64,000 nucleotides of DNA, taken from positions 2,727 to 66,726 of the forward strand of contig JBBIQR010000002.1 in NCBI GenBank assembly GCA_037442245.1. The letters are read 5' to 3'. The first letter of the stretch is position 1, and each line of letters starts with the position of its first letter. Shown piece by piece: positions 16,994 to 28,678 of this stretch. A program made the position numbers and the translations under genes. Source of the DNA: Candidatus Solibacter sp. Lineage in GTDB: Bacteria; Acidobacteriota; Terriglobia; Bryobacterales; Bryobacteraceae. The notes beneath the pieces were generated by a model. That model was not told the origin of the DNA, searched no databases, and saw nothing but the letters and a program-made list of their open reading frames with translations.

Positions 16994-17713
16994 ATGGACG
17001 ACCTCAAGGGAAGACTCGCGCTCGTCACCGGAGCCAGCCGCGGCATTGGGCGCGCCGCGGCCATCGGACTCGCGCGCGCCGGCGCCGATATCGTGGTGCA
17101 CTATCGCGCCCGGATCGAGGCGGCGCGCGAAGTGGAGGCCGCCGTCCGCGCGCTCGGATGCCGCACCGCCCTGGTACAGGCGGACGTGGCGCGCACGTCC
17201 GAGATCGAACGCCTCGCGCGCGAAGCCGGGGCTGTGGACATCCTGGTCAACAACGCCGGCATCGCCAGGCCGCAGCCGGTGGAAGAGATCACCGAAGCCG
17301 ATTGGGACGAGGTGGTCGATACCAACCTCAAATCGTGCTTCCTGCTGACGCAGGCGCTGCTCCCCGGCATGCGCGCGCGCCGCTGGGGACGGGTCATCAA
17401 CCTGTCGTCGGTGGCGGCGCAGGTGGGCGGCGTGGTTGGTCCGCACTACGCCGCGTCCAAAGCGGGGATGCACGGCCTCACCCATTTCTACGCCAACCGG
17501 CTGGCCAAAGAGGGGATCACGGTGAACGCCATCGCCCCGGCCTTGATCGAGACCGAAATGGTGACGTCCAATATCCAGGCCACGCCGGACCGCATCCCGG
17601 TGGGCCGGTTCGGCTGCGTGGACGAAGTCGCCGAGGTCGTAGTGATGCTGGCGCGCAACGGGTACATTACCGGACAGACGATCAACGTCAACGGCGGCTG
17701 GTACCAGAGTTGA
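16994..17713 (+). CDS. Short-chain dehydrogenase/reductase (FabG-like)
   Basis: ATG 16994. Motifs TGASRGIG, NNAG and YAASKAG (YxxxK). 239 aa. Confidence 0.9.
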   Translation: MDDLKGRLALVTGASRGIGRAAAIGLARAGADIVVHYRARIEAAREVEAAVRALGCRTALVQADVARTSEIERLAREAGAVDILVNNAGIARPQPVEEITEADWDEVVDTNLKSCFLLTQALLPGMRARRWGRVINLSSVAAQVGGVVGPHYAASKAGMHGLTHFYANRLAKEGITVNAIAPALIETEMVTSNIQATPDRIPVGRFGCVDEVAEVVVMLARNGYITGQTINVNGGWYQS

Positions 17714-17740
17714 ATCCCGGGTGGAGTAAGATAGTCTTCC

Positions 17741-20437
17741 GTGAGGTCATTGCGGTTCGCAGGTCCCCTGCTGGGATTGCTGCTCATCAACAGCGCTTAT
17801 CTGGCGGCATTTCCGAGCGCGACCCTGTTCTACGCCGGCAACGCCGTGCTGCACCTGTTTCTCGGGCTGGTGCTGATGGCTGGGGCCGTAGTGTGGGCGC
17901 GGTCGCACTCGCGGGCAAGCGGCGCCGTCCTCGCGGCGGGCGTGGCGGGACTTTTCCTGGCGGTCTTCGGCAATACCCTGGACCATCGGTGGGTGCTGTG
18001 GCTGCACATCGTGCTGGCGATGGCCGGCGCGGGGTTCCTGGCTGCCCGCATCGGACGCGCGCGCGTCGCGGTGGCGATGCTGGCGCTGGTCGCGGCAGCG
18101 CTGGTGTATCGCAACGTGGCGCCTTCCGGCGAGACGCAGATTGTGAACCCCGCCAGCGCGCCGCTTTCCATGGATCGGGAGGGCGCCGGCGCGAAATCGC
18201 CCTTCGCCCCGTCTTCGGCGCGGACCAACACCGGCGGCATCATCCCTTCCAACTTTTTCATGGATTCGGAAACCTGCGGGCGCTGCCACAAGGACATCTA
18301 CGAGGAATGGAAGAGTTCCACCCACCACTTCGCGTCGTTTAACAACCAGTTCTACCGGAAGGCCATCGAGTACATGCAGGATGTCACCGGGACACGGCCG
18401 AGCAAGTGGTGCGCCGGATGCCACGATCACGCGGTCTTCTTCAACGGGCGCTTCGACCGCCCCATCAAGGAGCAGATCGATACCCCGGAAGCGCACGCCG
18501 GGCTGGGATGCATGTCCTGCCACGCGATCGTTCACGTGGACAGCACCATGGGCAACGGCGATTTCACGGTGGAGTATCCGCCGCTGCACCGGATCGCGGC
18601 GAGCCACAATCGCTTTCTGCAGGCCATCGACTACTTCATCACGTATCTCAATCCCGAGCCGCACCGCCGTACGTTCCTGAAGCCGTTCATGAGCCAGAGC
18701 GAGTTTTGCGCGGCCTGCCACAAGGTGCACCTGGATGTGCCGGTCAACGGCTACCGGTGGATTCGCGGTTTCAACGAGTACGACAACTGGCAGGCGAGCG
18801 GCGTCTCCGGACAGGGCGCGCGGTCCTTTTACTATCCCGACAAGTCCTCCGGCTGCGCCGACTGCCACATGCCCCTGAGGAATTCGAACGACCCGGGCAA
18901 CCGCAACGGCAAGGTCCACTCGCACCGTTTCGCCGCGGCGAACACGGCGCTCGCGTATGTCAATCAGGATGAGGTCCAGTTGCGGGAGACGCAGAAGTTC
19001 CTGCAGAGCGGGTTCATCACGGTGGACATCTTCGCCGTATCGCCGGACGACGCGGGCGCGGCGACCCGGGTGGCGCGCCGCACCGATACCCAGCAGGCGA
19101 ACACGACGTTTGCCTCCGGCGAGGAGACCGAGTCCGCCGCGCCCGCCTTCCTGCGCGACGTGGGACGCGTTGCCGCGCCGCTCGACGCATCCGGCGCGGC
19201 GCTCGAACCGGGCAGCGCCGCGCGCGTCGACGTGGTGGTGCGTACGCGCAAGATCGGCCACTTCTTCCCGGGCGGCACGGTGGACGCTTTCGATGTGTGG
19301 CTCGAATTGCAGGCGCGCGACGCGGACGGAAAAGTGATCTTTCTGAGCGGTGGCGTCGAAGACGGCGGCAAGGGCCCGGTGGATCCGGGAGCGCATTTCT
19401 ACCGCTCGTATCAGCTCGACGCCGAATCCAACCCGATCAACAAGCGCAACGCGTTCCAGACGCGCAGCCTGCTGTACGTGCACCTGATCCCGCCCGGCGC
19501 GGCGGATGTGGCGCACTATCGCGTGCAGGTGCCGAAGGACGCGCGCGGCCCCATCCGCTTCACCGCGAAGCTGAACTACCGGAAGTTCTCGTGGTACTAC
19601 ACGCACTTCGCCTACGCCGGAGTCCCCAAGCCGGGGCAGGACGCCGCGCTGCGGACGAAGGACTACGACGGACTCGAATACGAGTTCCCGGTTTCTGCGG
19701 TCCCGGCGAACGTCTCGGGAAAGATGAAGGACTGCATCCCGGACCTGCCCATTACGATCTTGGCGCAGGCGTCCGCGGAGGTCCCGCTGGGCCGGCCCGC
19801 GTGGACCCCGGTGGTGCGCAAGCAGGACCGCGAGCGGTGGAACGATTGGGGCATCGGCCTGTTGTTGCAAGGCGACCTGAAAGGCGCGGAGTACGCGTTC
19901 CAGAAGGTCACGGAAGCCGAACCGGGATACGCCGATGGATGGCTCAACGTGGCACGCGCGCTGATTCAGGAAGGCGAGACCGACGCCGCCAAACCGTATG
20001 TGGCGAAGGCGCTCTCGCTCGACCGCGATCTGGGCCGCGCGTGGTTCTTCCAAGCCGCGGCGCAGCGGGCGGACGGCGATTACGACGGCGCGCTAAAATC
20101 GCTCGAAGTCGTGCGCTCGAAGTATCCGCATGACCGCGTGGTGCTCAACCAGATCGCGCGTATCCTGTTCCTGAAGCGCCAGTACAAGGAGGCTCTGGAG
20201 GCGCTGCGCGGGGTGGACGCGGTGGATCCCGAGGACGTGCAGATGCACTACACCGCCATGCTGTGCTACCGCGGCGTGGGCGACAGGGCCAATGCGCAGC
20301 GCGAAGAGACGCTGTTCCGCCGTTTCAAGGCGGACGAGGCGTCGCAGGCGATCACGGAACGGCGCCGCAGCGCGAGTCCCGAAGACAACAACGAGCGCCA
20401 GCCGATCCACGAACACGAAAGCGCGGTGCTGAGATGA
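17741..20437 (+). CDS. Membrane-anchored pentaheme c-type cytochrome with C-terminal TPR domain
   Basis: About 4 N-terminal hydrophobic helices. Five CxxCH motifs (CGRCH, CAGCH, CMSCH, CAACH, CADCH). C-terminal TPR-like repeats (DLKGAEYAFQKVTEAEPGYADGWLNVARALIQEGE...). GTG start. Confidence 0.85.
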   Translation: MRSLRFAGPLLGLLLINSAYLAAFPSATLFYAGNAVLHLFLGLVLMAGAVVWARSHSRASGAVLAAGVAGLFLAVFGNTLDHRWVLWLHIVLAMAGAGFLAARIGRARVAVAMLALVAAALVYRNVAPSGETQIVNPASAPLSMDREGAGAKSPFAPSSARTNTGGIIPSNFFMDSETCGRCHKDIYEEWKSSTHHFASFNNQFYRKAIEYMQDVTGTRPSKWCAGCHDHAVFFNGRFDRPIKEQIDTPEAHAGLGCMSCHAIVHVDSTMGNGDFTVEYPPLHRIAASHNRFLQAIDYFITYLNPEPHRRTFLKPFMSQSEFCAACHKVHLDVPVNGYRWIRGFNEYDNWQASGVSGQGARSFYYPDKSSGCADCHMPLRNSNDPGNRNGKVHSHRFAAANTALAYVNQDEVQLRETQKFLQSGFITVDIFAVSPDDAGAATRVARRTDTQQANTTFASGEETESAAPAFLRDVGRVAAPLDASGAALEPGSAARVDVVVRTRKIGHFFPGGTVDAFDVWLELQARDADGKVIFLSGGVEDGGKGPVDPGAHFYRSYQLDAESNPINKRNAFQTRSLLYVHLIPPGAADVAHYRVQVPKDARGPIRFTAKLNYRKFSWYYTHFAYAGVPKPGQDAALRTKDYDGLEYEFPVSAVPANVSGKMKDCIPDLPITILAQASAEVPLGRPAWTPVVRKQDRERWNDWGIGLLLQGDLKGAEYAFQKVTEAEPGYADGWLNVARALIQEGETDAAKPYVAKALSLDRDLGRAWFFQAAAQRADGDYDGALKSLEVVRSKYPHDRVVLNQIARILFLKRQYKEALEALRGVDAVDPEDVQMHYTAMLCYRGVGDRANAQREETLFRRFKADEASQAITERRRSASPEDNNERQPIHEHESAVLR

Positions 20438-22032
20438 AGTGGCTGATTGGAATCGGCGCGGCGCTGCTCGCGCTGGCCGCGGGCGCGCCGTCGCCCGTGC
20501 TGTTCACCGATGTGACCGCGCAGGCGGGGATCAAGTTCGTGCACAACGCCGGGCGGAGCGGCAAGAAGTACCTTCCCGAGACGCTGGGCTCGGGGTGCGC
20601 CTTCTTGGACGCCGACGGCGACGGGTGGCCGGACATCCTGCTGATCAACGGCAAGGACTTCGTGCCGCGCGGCCGCAAGACGCTGCTCGCGCTCTACCGC
20701 AATAATCACAACGGCACGTTCACCGACATCACGCGCGGCAGCGGGTTGGACGTGGAGATGCACGGGATGGGGGTGGCGGTGGCCGATTACGATAACGACG
20801 GCCACGACGATGTCTACATCACGGCATTGGACGGGGACCACCTGTTCCGCGGGCTGGGCGGCGGCAAATTCGTGGACGTGACCAAAACGTCTGGGATCCA
20901 GAACGCGAACTTCGGCACCAGCGCCGCATGGCTGGACTACGACCGCGACGGCAAGGTGGACCTCTTCGTCGCCAACTACGTGCAGTGGACGCAGAAGGCG
21001 GACCTGTGGTGCTCGATCGATGGCACGACGAAATCCTACTGCACGCCGGAGTCGTACAAGGGCACGCGCTCGCGGCTGTTTCACAACCTCGGCAACGGGC
21101 GCTTCGAGGACGTTGGCATCGGCGACGCGACCAATAAAGCCCTCGGCGTCACCGTGCTGGATTATGACGGCGACGGCTGGCCCGACATCTTCGTCTCCAA
21201 CGACACGCAGCCCAACAAGCTCTACCACAACATGCGCAACGGCACGTTCCGCGAAGAGGGGATGCAGGCGGGCGTGGCCTACGGCGAGGACGGAGTGGCG
21301 CGCGGCGCGATGGGCGCCGATGCCGGCGACTATGACGGCAGCGGGCGTCCGCACCTGCTGGTGGGCAACTTCTCCAATCAGATGCTCGGGCTGTATCACA
21401 ACGAAGGCAACGGCCTCTTCGTGGACGAAGCGCCGTCTTCCACGGTGGGGCGCGCCAGCCTGCTCTCGCTCACCTTCGGCACCTTCTTCTTTGATTACGA
21501 CCTGGACGGCAAGCTGGACATCTTCGCCGCCAACGGGCACATCGAAGACGAGATCGGCCGCGTGCAGCCGAAGGTCAGCTACCGCGAGGCGCCGCTGCTC
21601 TTCCACAACCTGGGCAAGAGCCGGTTCGAAACCGTGCCCGCGATTTCGGAGTTGATGGTGGCGCGCGGCGCGGCATACGCCGATTACGACGGCGATGGCG
21701 ACCTCGACGTGCTGATCTCCACCAACAACGGCCCCGCGCACCTGTACCGCAACGATGGCGGCAACCGCAATCACTGGCTCAGCGTGCGGCTGATCGGGAC
21801 GAAATCGAACCGGGACGGCATTGGCGCCGTGGTGCGGGTGGGAAAGCAGTGGAATATGGTGCGGAGCGGCTCGAGCTATTGCTCGCAGAGCGATCTGGCG
21901 ATCACCTTCGGACTCGGCGCGGAGACCAGCGCCAATGTGCAGGTGGAATGGCCCAGCGGCGCGCGGCAGAGTTTTGCGAACGTGCCGGCGAACCGGCGGA
22001 TTGTGATCGAGGAAGGGCGCGGTATCCGCTGA
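20434..22032 (+). CDS. FG-GAP repeat / ASPIC-UnbV domain protein (CRTAC1-like beta-propeller)
   Basis: ATG 20434 overlaps the upstream stop (ATGA). Signal peptide MKWLIGIGAALLALAAGA. Repeated D-x-D-G-D-G-W-P-D Ca-binding FG-GAP loops. C-terminal UnbV_ASPIC-like region (NRDGIGAVVRV...GSSYCSQSD...FGLG...VEWPSG). Confidence 0.9.
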   Translation: MKWLIGIGAALLALAAGAPSPVLFTDVTAQAGIKFVHNAGRSGKKYLPETLGSGCAFLDADGDGWPDILLINGKDFVPRGRKTLLALYRNNHNGTFTDITRGSGLDVEMHGMGVAVADYDNDGHDDVYITALDGDHLFRGLGGGKFVDVTKTSGIQNANFGTSAAWLDYDRDGKVDLFVANYVQWTQKADLWCSIDGTTKSYCTPESYKGTRSRLFHNLGNGRFEDVGIGDATNKALGVTVLDYDGDGWPDIFVSNDTQPNKLYHNMRNGTFREEGMQAGVAYGEDGVARGAMGADAGDYDGSGRPHLLVGNFSNQMLGLYHNEGNGLFVDEAPSSTVGRASLLSLTFGTFFFDYDLDGKLDIFAANGHIEDEIGRVQPKVSYREAPLLFHNLGKSRFETVPAISELMVARGAAYADYDGDGDLDVLISTNNGPAHLYRNDGGNRNHWLSVRLIGTKSNRDGIGAVVRVGKQWNMVRSGSSYCSQSDLAITFGLGAETSANVQVEWPSGARQSFANVPANRRIVIEEGRGIR

Positions 22033-22385
22033 GGGCGCCTAACTGGTCCGCAAGAGCAGGCGGCGGCGTTTGGGCAGTTCGGAGCCGTTTTCCCGGCGGA
22101 CGTAGCTCCCCAGACTGGTTTCCAGACGGTCGCGCCGCGTCCGGCGTCCGCGCTTGCGGCGGAGAACAATCAGGAAACCCAAATCCAGGATCGCCAAAAG
22201 CCCGAGCACCAGTGCGTCTGCCATGTCCCGATTTCAACATGCACGCGGGCTGGTGAACAGACCTCCGCGTAACAGGGCATGGCTAGAACTTTTCACCCGA
22301 AATCATCTCCCCCTACCGGTACTTTTCCTTCTTTTCGCCTGTCTGGGTAAGTGCCCTCCCTGCCAGATGTTAGACTTGCAGGTGA

Positions 22386-23605
<1,220 letters not shown>

Positions 23606-23609
<4 letters not shown>

Positions 23610-25057
23610 AGGATCTCGCTCTCCGCGCCCTGGACACGATCGCGCGCCGCGGCGTGCAATATGCCGATGTACGGGCGGTCGAGTCGCGCGAACGCGAAAT
23701 CGCCACCAAGAACGGCCGGCCCGCCCACGTTTCCACCAGCGAGTCCGCCGGTATCGGCATCCGCGCGCTGGCCGGCGGTTGCTGGGGTTTCGCCGCCACC
23801 GACGACCTGACGCCGGCGGGCATCGACGCCTGCGCCGCGCTCGCCCTCGATATCGCCGCCGCGGGCAGGCGTGCTCCGAGCCAGGTTGACCTCGCGCCCG
23901 AAGAAGCGTACCAGGCCGAATGGGTCTCGCCGGCCGCGATCGATCCGTTCTCGATTCCGATCGACCGCAACCTGGCCACGCTGCTCGCAGTCGATGCCGA
24001 GTTGCGCCGCGACCCCGCGATCAGTCTCGCGGAGGCGTCGATGCACTTCGAACGGCGCCGCCAGGTGTTTGTCTCCACGCTGGGCAGCGTCATCGAGCAG
24101 ACACGCACGACTTCCGGCGCGGGCTACTCCGCGCTTTGCTACCGCGACGGCGAAATTCAGAAGCGGTCGTATCCGAATTCGTTCGGCGGGCAATATCAGC
24201 TCAAAGGATACGAGTTGATCGAGGAACTCCGCCTGCTCGATCACGCGCCGCGCGTGGCCGAAGAGGCGATCGCGCTGCACGCGGCGGATCAGTGTCCCGA
24301 GGGCGAGTTCGACCTGATCCTGGATAGCTCCCAACTCGGCCTGCAGATACACGAATCCATCGGCCACCCGATCGAACTCGACCGTGTGCTCGGCAGCGAA
24401 GCCAACTACGCCGGCATGAGCTTCCTCACGCTGGATCAGCTTCATCGCCTCCGGTACGGCTCGCCGGTGGTGAACGTGGTGTGCGACGCGACGCTGGAAC
24501 ACGGCCCCGGACTCGGCACCTTCGCCTTCGACGACGAAGGCGTGCCCGCGCAATCCGTGCCCATCATCAGCGGCGGTCTGTTCACGGGGTACATGACCTC
24601 GCGGGAGACGGCGCGCGCGGTGGGCGCCGCCCGTTCCAACGGCTGCATGCGGGCCGAAGGGTGGTCGCGGCTGCCGCTCATCCGCATGACGAATGTGAGC
24701 CTGCTGCCCGGTGCTCAGTCGCTCGATGAAGTGCTCGATACGCCGCACGGCATCTACATGGAGACGAACCGTAGCTGGTCGATCGACGACAAGCGGTACA
24801 ACTTCCAGTTCGGGTGCGAAGCCGCGTGGGAAGTGCGCAACGGCAAGCGCGTACGCATGCTCAAGAATCCGAGCTACAGCGGCATCTCGACCGAGTTCTG
24901 GAACGCCTGCGAGGCCATTGCCGGCCGGGAACACTGGACCTTGTGGGGCATTCCCAACTGCGGCAAGGGACAACCGGAGCAGGTGATGGGCACGGGCCAC
25001 GGCGCCAGTCCGGCGCGCTTCCGCAAGATCAAGGTGGGGAGCGCCTATGCCGGATAA
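23606..25057 (+). CDS. tldD: TldD-family metallopeptidase
   Basis: HExxxGH motif (IHESIGHPIELD). TldD/PmbA-fold C-terminus (GHGASPARFRKIKVG). The start overlaps the thrC stop (ATGA). Confidence 0.85.
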
Positions 25058-26381
25058 CGCGTCCCTCTTCGCGCAGATTGCGGACGCCGCGCGGGCCCGC
25101 GGTGTGGCGGAGATCGAAGCCATCATCAGCAGCGAGGAGCAGGCGCTGACGCGCTTCGCCAACAACGTAATCCACCAGAACGTGGCCGAGCGCACGACCC
25201 ACATTTCCGTGCGGCCGGTGATCGGCGGACGCACCGCGCGCGCCTCCACGAACCGCACGGACGCGGACGCGATCCGCGCCGTGGTGGAAGAGGCCATCGC
25301 GGCGACGCGCCTGACCGAACCCGATCCCGAGTTGCTTCCGCTGACTGTGCCGGCGCCGGTCGTGCCGGTGGAGCGCCACTTCGAAGGCACCGCGCGCTGT
25401 ACGCCGGACGACCGCGCCCGCGCCGTCGCCGAAGCCATCGAAATCGTGCGCGGCCACGGCCAGACCGCCGCCGGAATCTACTCCACGGGCGAAAGCACGT
25501 TTTCGCTGTACAATTCGCGCGGCGTGGCGCTGGAACATCGCGAGACACTGGCGCGCTTTTCCATCACGGCGATGGATCGCGACAGCTCCGGATGGGCCAA
25601 GGCGAGCGCCTGCGACGCACGGACGATTGCGCCCGGCGATCTTGCGCTACGCGCTGCGGAGAAGGCCAAGCGCTCCCGCGCCCCGCGCGACATCGCGCCC
25701 GGCCGGTACACCGTGATCCTCGAACCCGCGGCGGTGCTGGACCTCGCCGGGCAGATGACGATGGACTTCAGCGCGACCGCGCTGCGCGACGGCCGCAGTT
25801 TCCTCAACGACCGGGTCGGCGCCAAACTCTTCGGCGCGAACATCAGCGTGTACGACGACGCGCGGCACCCAGGGCAGTCCGGCGCCCCCTTCGACGCCGA
25901 AGGCGTGCCGCGGCGCCGCCTCACGCTGGTGGAAGCGGGCGTGGTGCGCGAGGTCGCGTGCTGCCGCCAGGCCGCCGCGGTGGATAGCGTCGAGCCCACC
26001 GGCCACGGCTTCCCGCTGCCTAACGAAGTGGGCGAGGCGCCGATGAACATCGTCTTCGGGGGCGGCGAGACTCCACTGGAGGACATGATCGCCTCCACGG
26101 CGCGCGGCATCCTGGTCACGCGCCTGTGGTACATCCGCGAAGTGGACCCCTACGAGAAGATCTTCACCGGAATGACGCGGGACGGTACGTTCCTCGTCGA
26201 AGACGGCCGCGTGGTCTGCGGGCTGCGCAATTTTCGCTTCAACCAGAGCCTGATTGAGATGCTGTCCAGCGTGGAGGAACTCTCTCCCGCGGCCCGCGCT
26301 TCCGGCGAGGAGACCTTTGATATGGTCGTCCCCGCCATGAAGGTCCGGGACTTCAACTTCACCGAAGTAACGCGCTTCTGA
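25047..26381 (+). CDS. pmbA: PmbA/TldE-family protein (TldD partner)
   Basis: Paralogous TldD/PmbA fold without the HExxxH motif. Overlaps the tldD end by 11 nt. Confidence 0.8.
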   Translation: MPDNASLFAQIADAARARGVAEIEAIISSEEQALTRFANNVIHQNVAERTTHISVRPVIGGRTARASTNRTDADAIRAVVEEAIAATRLTEPDPELLPLTVPAPVVPVERHFEGTARCTPDDRARAVAEAIEIVRGHGQTAAGIYSTGESTFSLYNSRGVALEHRETLARFSITAMDRDSSGWAKASACDARTIAPGDLALRAAEKAKRSRAPRDIAPGRYTVILEPAAVLDLAGQMTMDFSATALRDGRSFLNDRVGAKLFGANISVYDDARHPGQSGAPFDAEGVPRRRLTLVEAGVVREVACCRQAAAVDSVEPTGHGFPLPNEVGEAPMNIVFGGGETPLEDMIASTARGILVTRLWYIREVDPYEKIFTGMTRDGTFLVEDGRVVCGLRNFRFNQSLIEMLSSVEELSPAARASGEETFDMVVPAMKVRDFNFTEVTRF

Positions 26382-26382
26382 T

Positions 26383-27636
26383 TTATTCGGCGACCACTTC
26401 GAAGCGGTGCGCCACGGGTTGCGCGGCGGCGCGCTGCTCGCGGATCACGTCGCCTTCGAGATCGTCGAGTGCGCTCTCGGCCTGGAGCAGGTGCGGTTCG
26501 GCGTCCTTTTCCATCGGGACCTGCACCTGGCGCCAGCGCGTGAAGTGGAGGTTGTTGTGCCGCAGGGTGAGGGCGTGAACCTGCATCGCCTGGCGCATCA
26601 TGGGAGTGGGTAGGGTCGCGAGGTTGACGCCCTCAGCCAGTTGCTCGGCGGTGAAATCGCCCGCGCTTTCGCCATCGATCTTGAGCGCATAGCGGCCGGC
26701 GGCGAGGCCGCGGACTTTCAGCGGCTCCTGGTCCAGCGCGTCCATCACGTCGCTGGAGCGCACGGCGAGCGAGACGGCGGCATCGTGGAGGTCCACCGGC
26801 ATGGGCAGCGCGTCATCGATCTCGGTCCAGGCCAGGCCCTTGCCCGCGGCGGTCACATCGGAGACGCGCGCGCCGTGCTGCCGCACCGCGGCTTTGCGCC
26901 CGGCATCCAGTTCCACGTCGCTGACCATCGAAGGCGCGTGCCAACTCTTCAGCAGTGCCTCGGCCATGAGCAGGTGGCCCGCCGGACCGGGATGCACGCG
27001 GTCGGGGATCAGCTTGGCGGCGGCCGCGGAATCGATCTCCTTGGCCTTGGCGAGCGCGGCCACCACGCTCGTATTCAGATCCGCGAGGCTGAGTTCGTCT
27101 TCTTGCGCGAGCTGCTTCAGAAAGTCGCCGTAGCGCACGAGCACGGCGTTGTAGCCGCCCTCGAAATTCGGCGCGCGGGTCACATCGTCGTAGGGAGAGG
27201 GCTGGATCGCGGTGATGTGAATCCCCGGCAATTGACGCTTCACGGTGTCGACGATGTGTTTGTAGCCTGTGGAATACTCGTCGAAGATGGCCTGGTCGTA
27301 GGCCTTGTAGTGGCCGTCGTTCATCCCCAGCATGATGGTCATGACGGTGGGGCGGTAGGGCAGAACGTCGCGCCACAGGCGCACGTCGATGGGCCCGCCG
27401 CCTCCGCCGCCGACGCGGTCGCCGCCCCATCCGGAGTGGACGAAGGCGACGTCCATTTTGGGAAATCGCGTGACCACGTAGGTCTCGGCAAAGGTCGTGT
27501 AGAGGCGCTGATCGGTGATGCTGTCACCGTAGAAGACGACGCGGTCGCCGTCGTGCAGCGCGAAGTTTTGTGCGAAAAGAGACGCGGCTCCCGCCGCGAA
27601 GAGGAGTAGGGTTCGCAGTCCGGACATCGCGGACAT
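26383..27636 (-). CDS. Secreted SGNH/GDSL hydrolase with C-terminal extra domain
   Basis: Signal peptide MSAMSGLRTLLLFAAGAASLFAQ. SGNH blocks FYGDSITD, GWGGD, MLGMNDG and DRVHPG. Confidence 0.85.
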   Translation of the reverse strand: MSAMSGLRTLLLFAAGAASLFAQNFALHDGDRVVFYGDSITDQRLYTTFAETYVVTRFPKMDVAFVHSGWGGDRVGGGGGGPIDVRLWRDVLPYRPTVMTIMLGMNDGHYKAYDQAIFDEYSTGYKHIVDTVKRQLPGIHITAIQPSPYDDVTRAPNFEGGYNAVLVRYGDFLKQLAQEDELSLADLNTSVVAALAKAKEIDSAAAAKLIPDRVHPGPAGHLLMAEALLKSWHAPSMVSDVELDAGRKAAVRQHGARVSDVTAAGKGLAWTEIDDALPMPVDLHDAAVSLAVRSSDVMDALDQEPLKVRGLAAGRYALKIDGESAGDFTAEQLAEGVNLATLPTPMMRQAMQVHALTLRHNNLHFTRWRQVQVPMEKDAEPHLLQAESALDDLEGDVIREQRAAAQPVAHRFEVVAE

Positions 27637-27744
27637 TGTGACACAGTGCGGACACGAGTATGTGCCGCCCTTCACGTTGGAGGCAGGGATGCAAGAGGGA
27701 ACCTGGTGCCGAATGCTCTCGCACTTCACCTGGAGGAAAATCTG

Positions 27745-28143
27745 ATGATCCTGTCCCTATGGCGGCGCGTACCTGGAATTCTTTTCACAGTTCTGCTCTG
27801 CATCCCCGGTATTCTTTGCGCACAGACCCACGTCGTGAGCCCGGAGGAGTTGCAGAAGGAGGCGGCGGCCGCGACTGGAGCGCGGCAGCGGAACGTGGAA
27901 TCACTCACAGGCTTTCTGACTGCAAGCCCGCAGGCGCGGAAGACCCTCAAGTCCGCCGGCATGGACCCGTCGCAAGTAGGGGCGGCGGTGTCGGGCTTGA
28001 ACGATGAGGAACTGGCCCGCCTGGCTGCCCGCGCGCGGCAATCGCAGGCTGATTTCGCAGCCGGCACGATGTCGAACCGGGATCTGCTCTGGATTCTGAT
28101 CGGTCTGGCGGCGTTGATCCTGATTATCGTGGCTGTCCACTAA
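27745..28143 (+). CDS. Small exported protein with C-terminal TM anchor (PA2779-like, from memory)
   Basis: ATG 27745. Signal peptide MILSLWRRVPGILFTVLLCIPGILCAQ. Helical, acidic/basic middle region. C-terminal hydrophobic helix LLWILIGLAALILIIVAV. Lies 4 nt upstream of a C39-like peptidase gene. Confidence 0.6.
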   Translation: MILSLWRRVPGILFTVLLCIPGILCAQTHVVSPEELQKEAAAATGARQRNVESLTGFLTASPQARKTLKSAGMDPSQVGAAVSGLNDEELARLAARARQSQADFAAGTMSNRDLLWILIGLAALILIIVAVH

Positions 28144-28147
28144 GCGC

Positions 28148-28678
28148 TTGCTGCCGCTCTCCGTCCAAGTCGCGGCGTGGCTGCTGGCGTCCGGCACGCC
28201 TGCCGGCGATGCTGTCGCCGGTGTTCGCCTCGACGTGCCGTTCGTCAGGCAGGAGAAGAATGGTTGCGGGGCGGCTAGCCTCGCAATGGTGATGCGCTAC
28301 TGGCAACGGCAGACGGGCCGGGCGGAGACGGCGGACGCTCCGGAGATCCAGCGTACCCTGTATTCGCCGCGGGCGCACGGCATCTACGCATCCGGCATGG
28401 AGCGCTATCTGCGCCGGCATGGATTCGAGACGTTTACGATCCGGGGTACGTGGCAGGACCTGCGGCATCATCTGGAGAAAGGGCGCCCGCTGATTGTTGC
28501 GCTGCAGGTGGGGCGCGGGGACCTGCACTATGTGGTCGTGACCGGACTGGACGAACGGGAGGACCTGATCCTCGAACACGATCCCTCGGATCGGGGCTTC
28601 GTCAAACTGCATCGCGCGGACTTCGAGAGAGAATGGAACGCCACCGGCGACTGGACTTTATTGGCGCTGCCCAAGTAA
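28148..28678 (+). CDS. Peptidase C39-like (papain-fold) cysteine peptidase
   Basis: DVPFVRQEKNGCGAASLAMVMRYW (Q...C catalytic-site context) and a later HYVVVTGLD (His). Signal-like N-terminus. TTG start at 28148. Confidence 0.65.
   Translation: MLPLSVQVAAWLLASGTPAGDAVAGVRLDVPFVRQEKNGCGAASLAMVMRYWQRQTGRAETADAPEIQRTLYSPRAHGIYASGMERYLRRHGFETFTIRGTWQDLRHHLEKGRPLIVALQVGRGDLHYVVVTGLDEREDLILEHDPSDRGFVKLHRADFEREWNATGDWTLLALPK

Noticed and set aside
22039-22224. 61-aa minus-strand ORF with one hydrophobic helix and a very basic tail (MADALVLGLLAILDLGFLIVLRRKRGRRTRRDR...).
   Set aside because: It is plausible as a small membrane protein. However, it has no clear RBS or conservation evidence, and its Arg-rich tail is typical of GC-rich shadow ORFs. 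The evidence is insufficient to call it.
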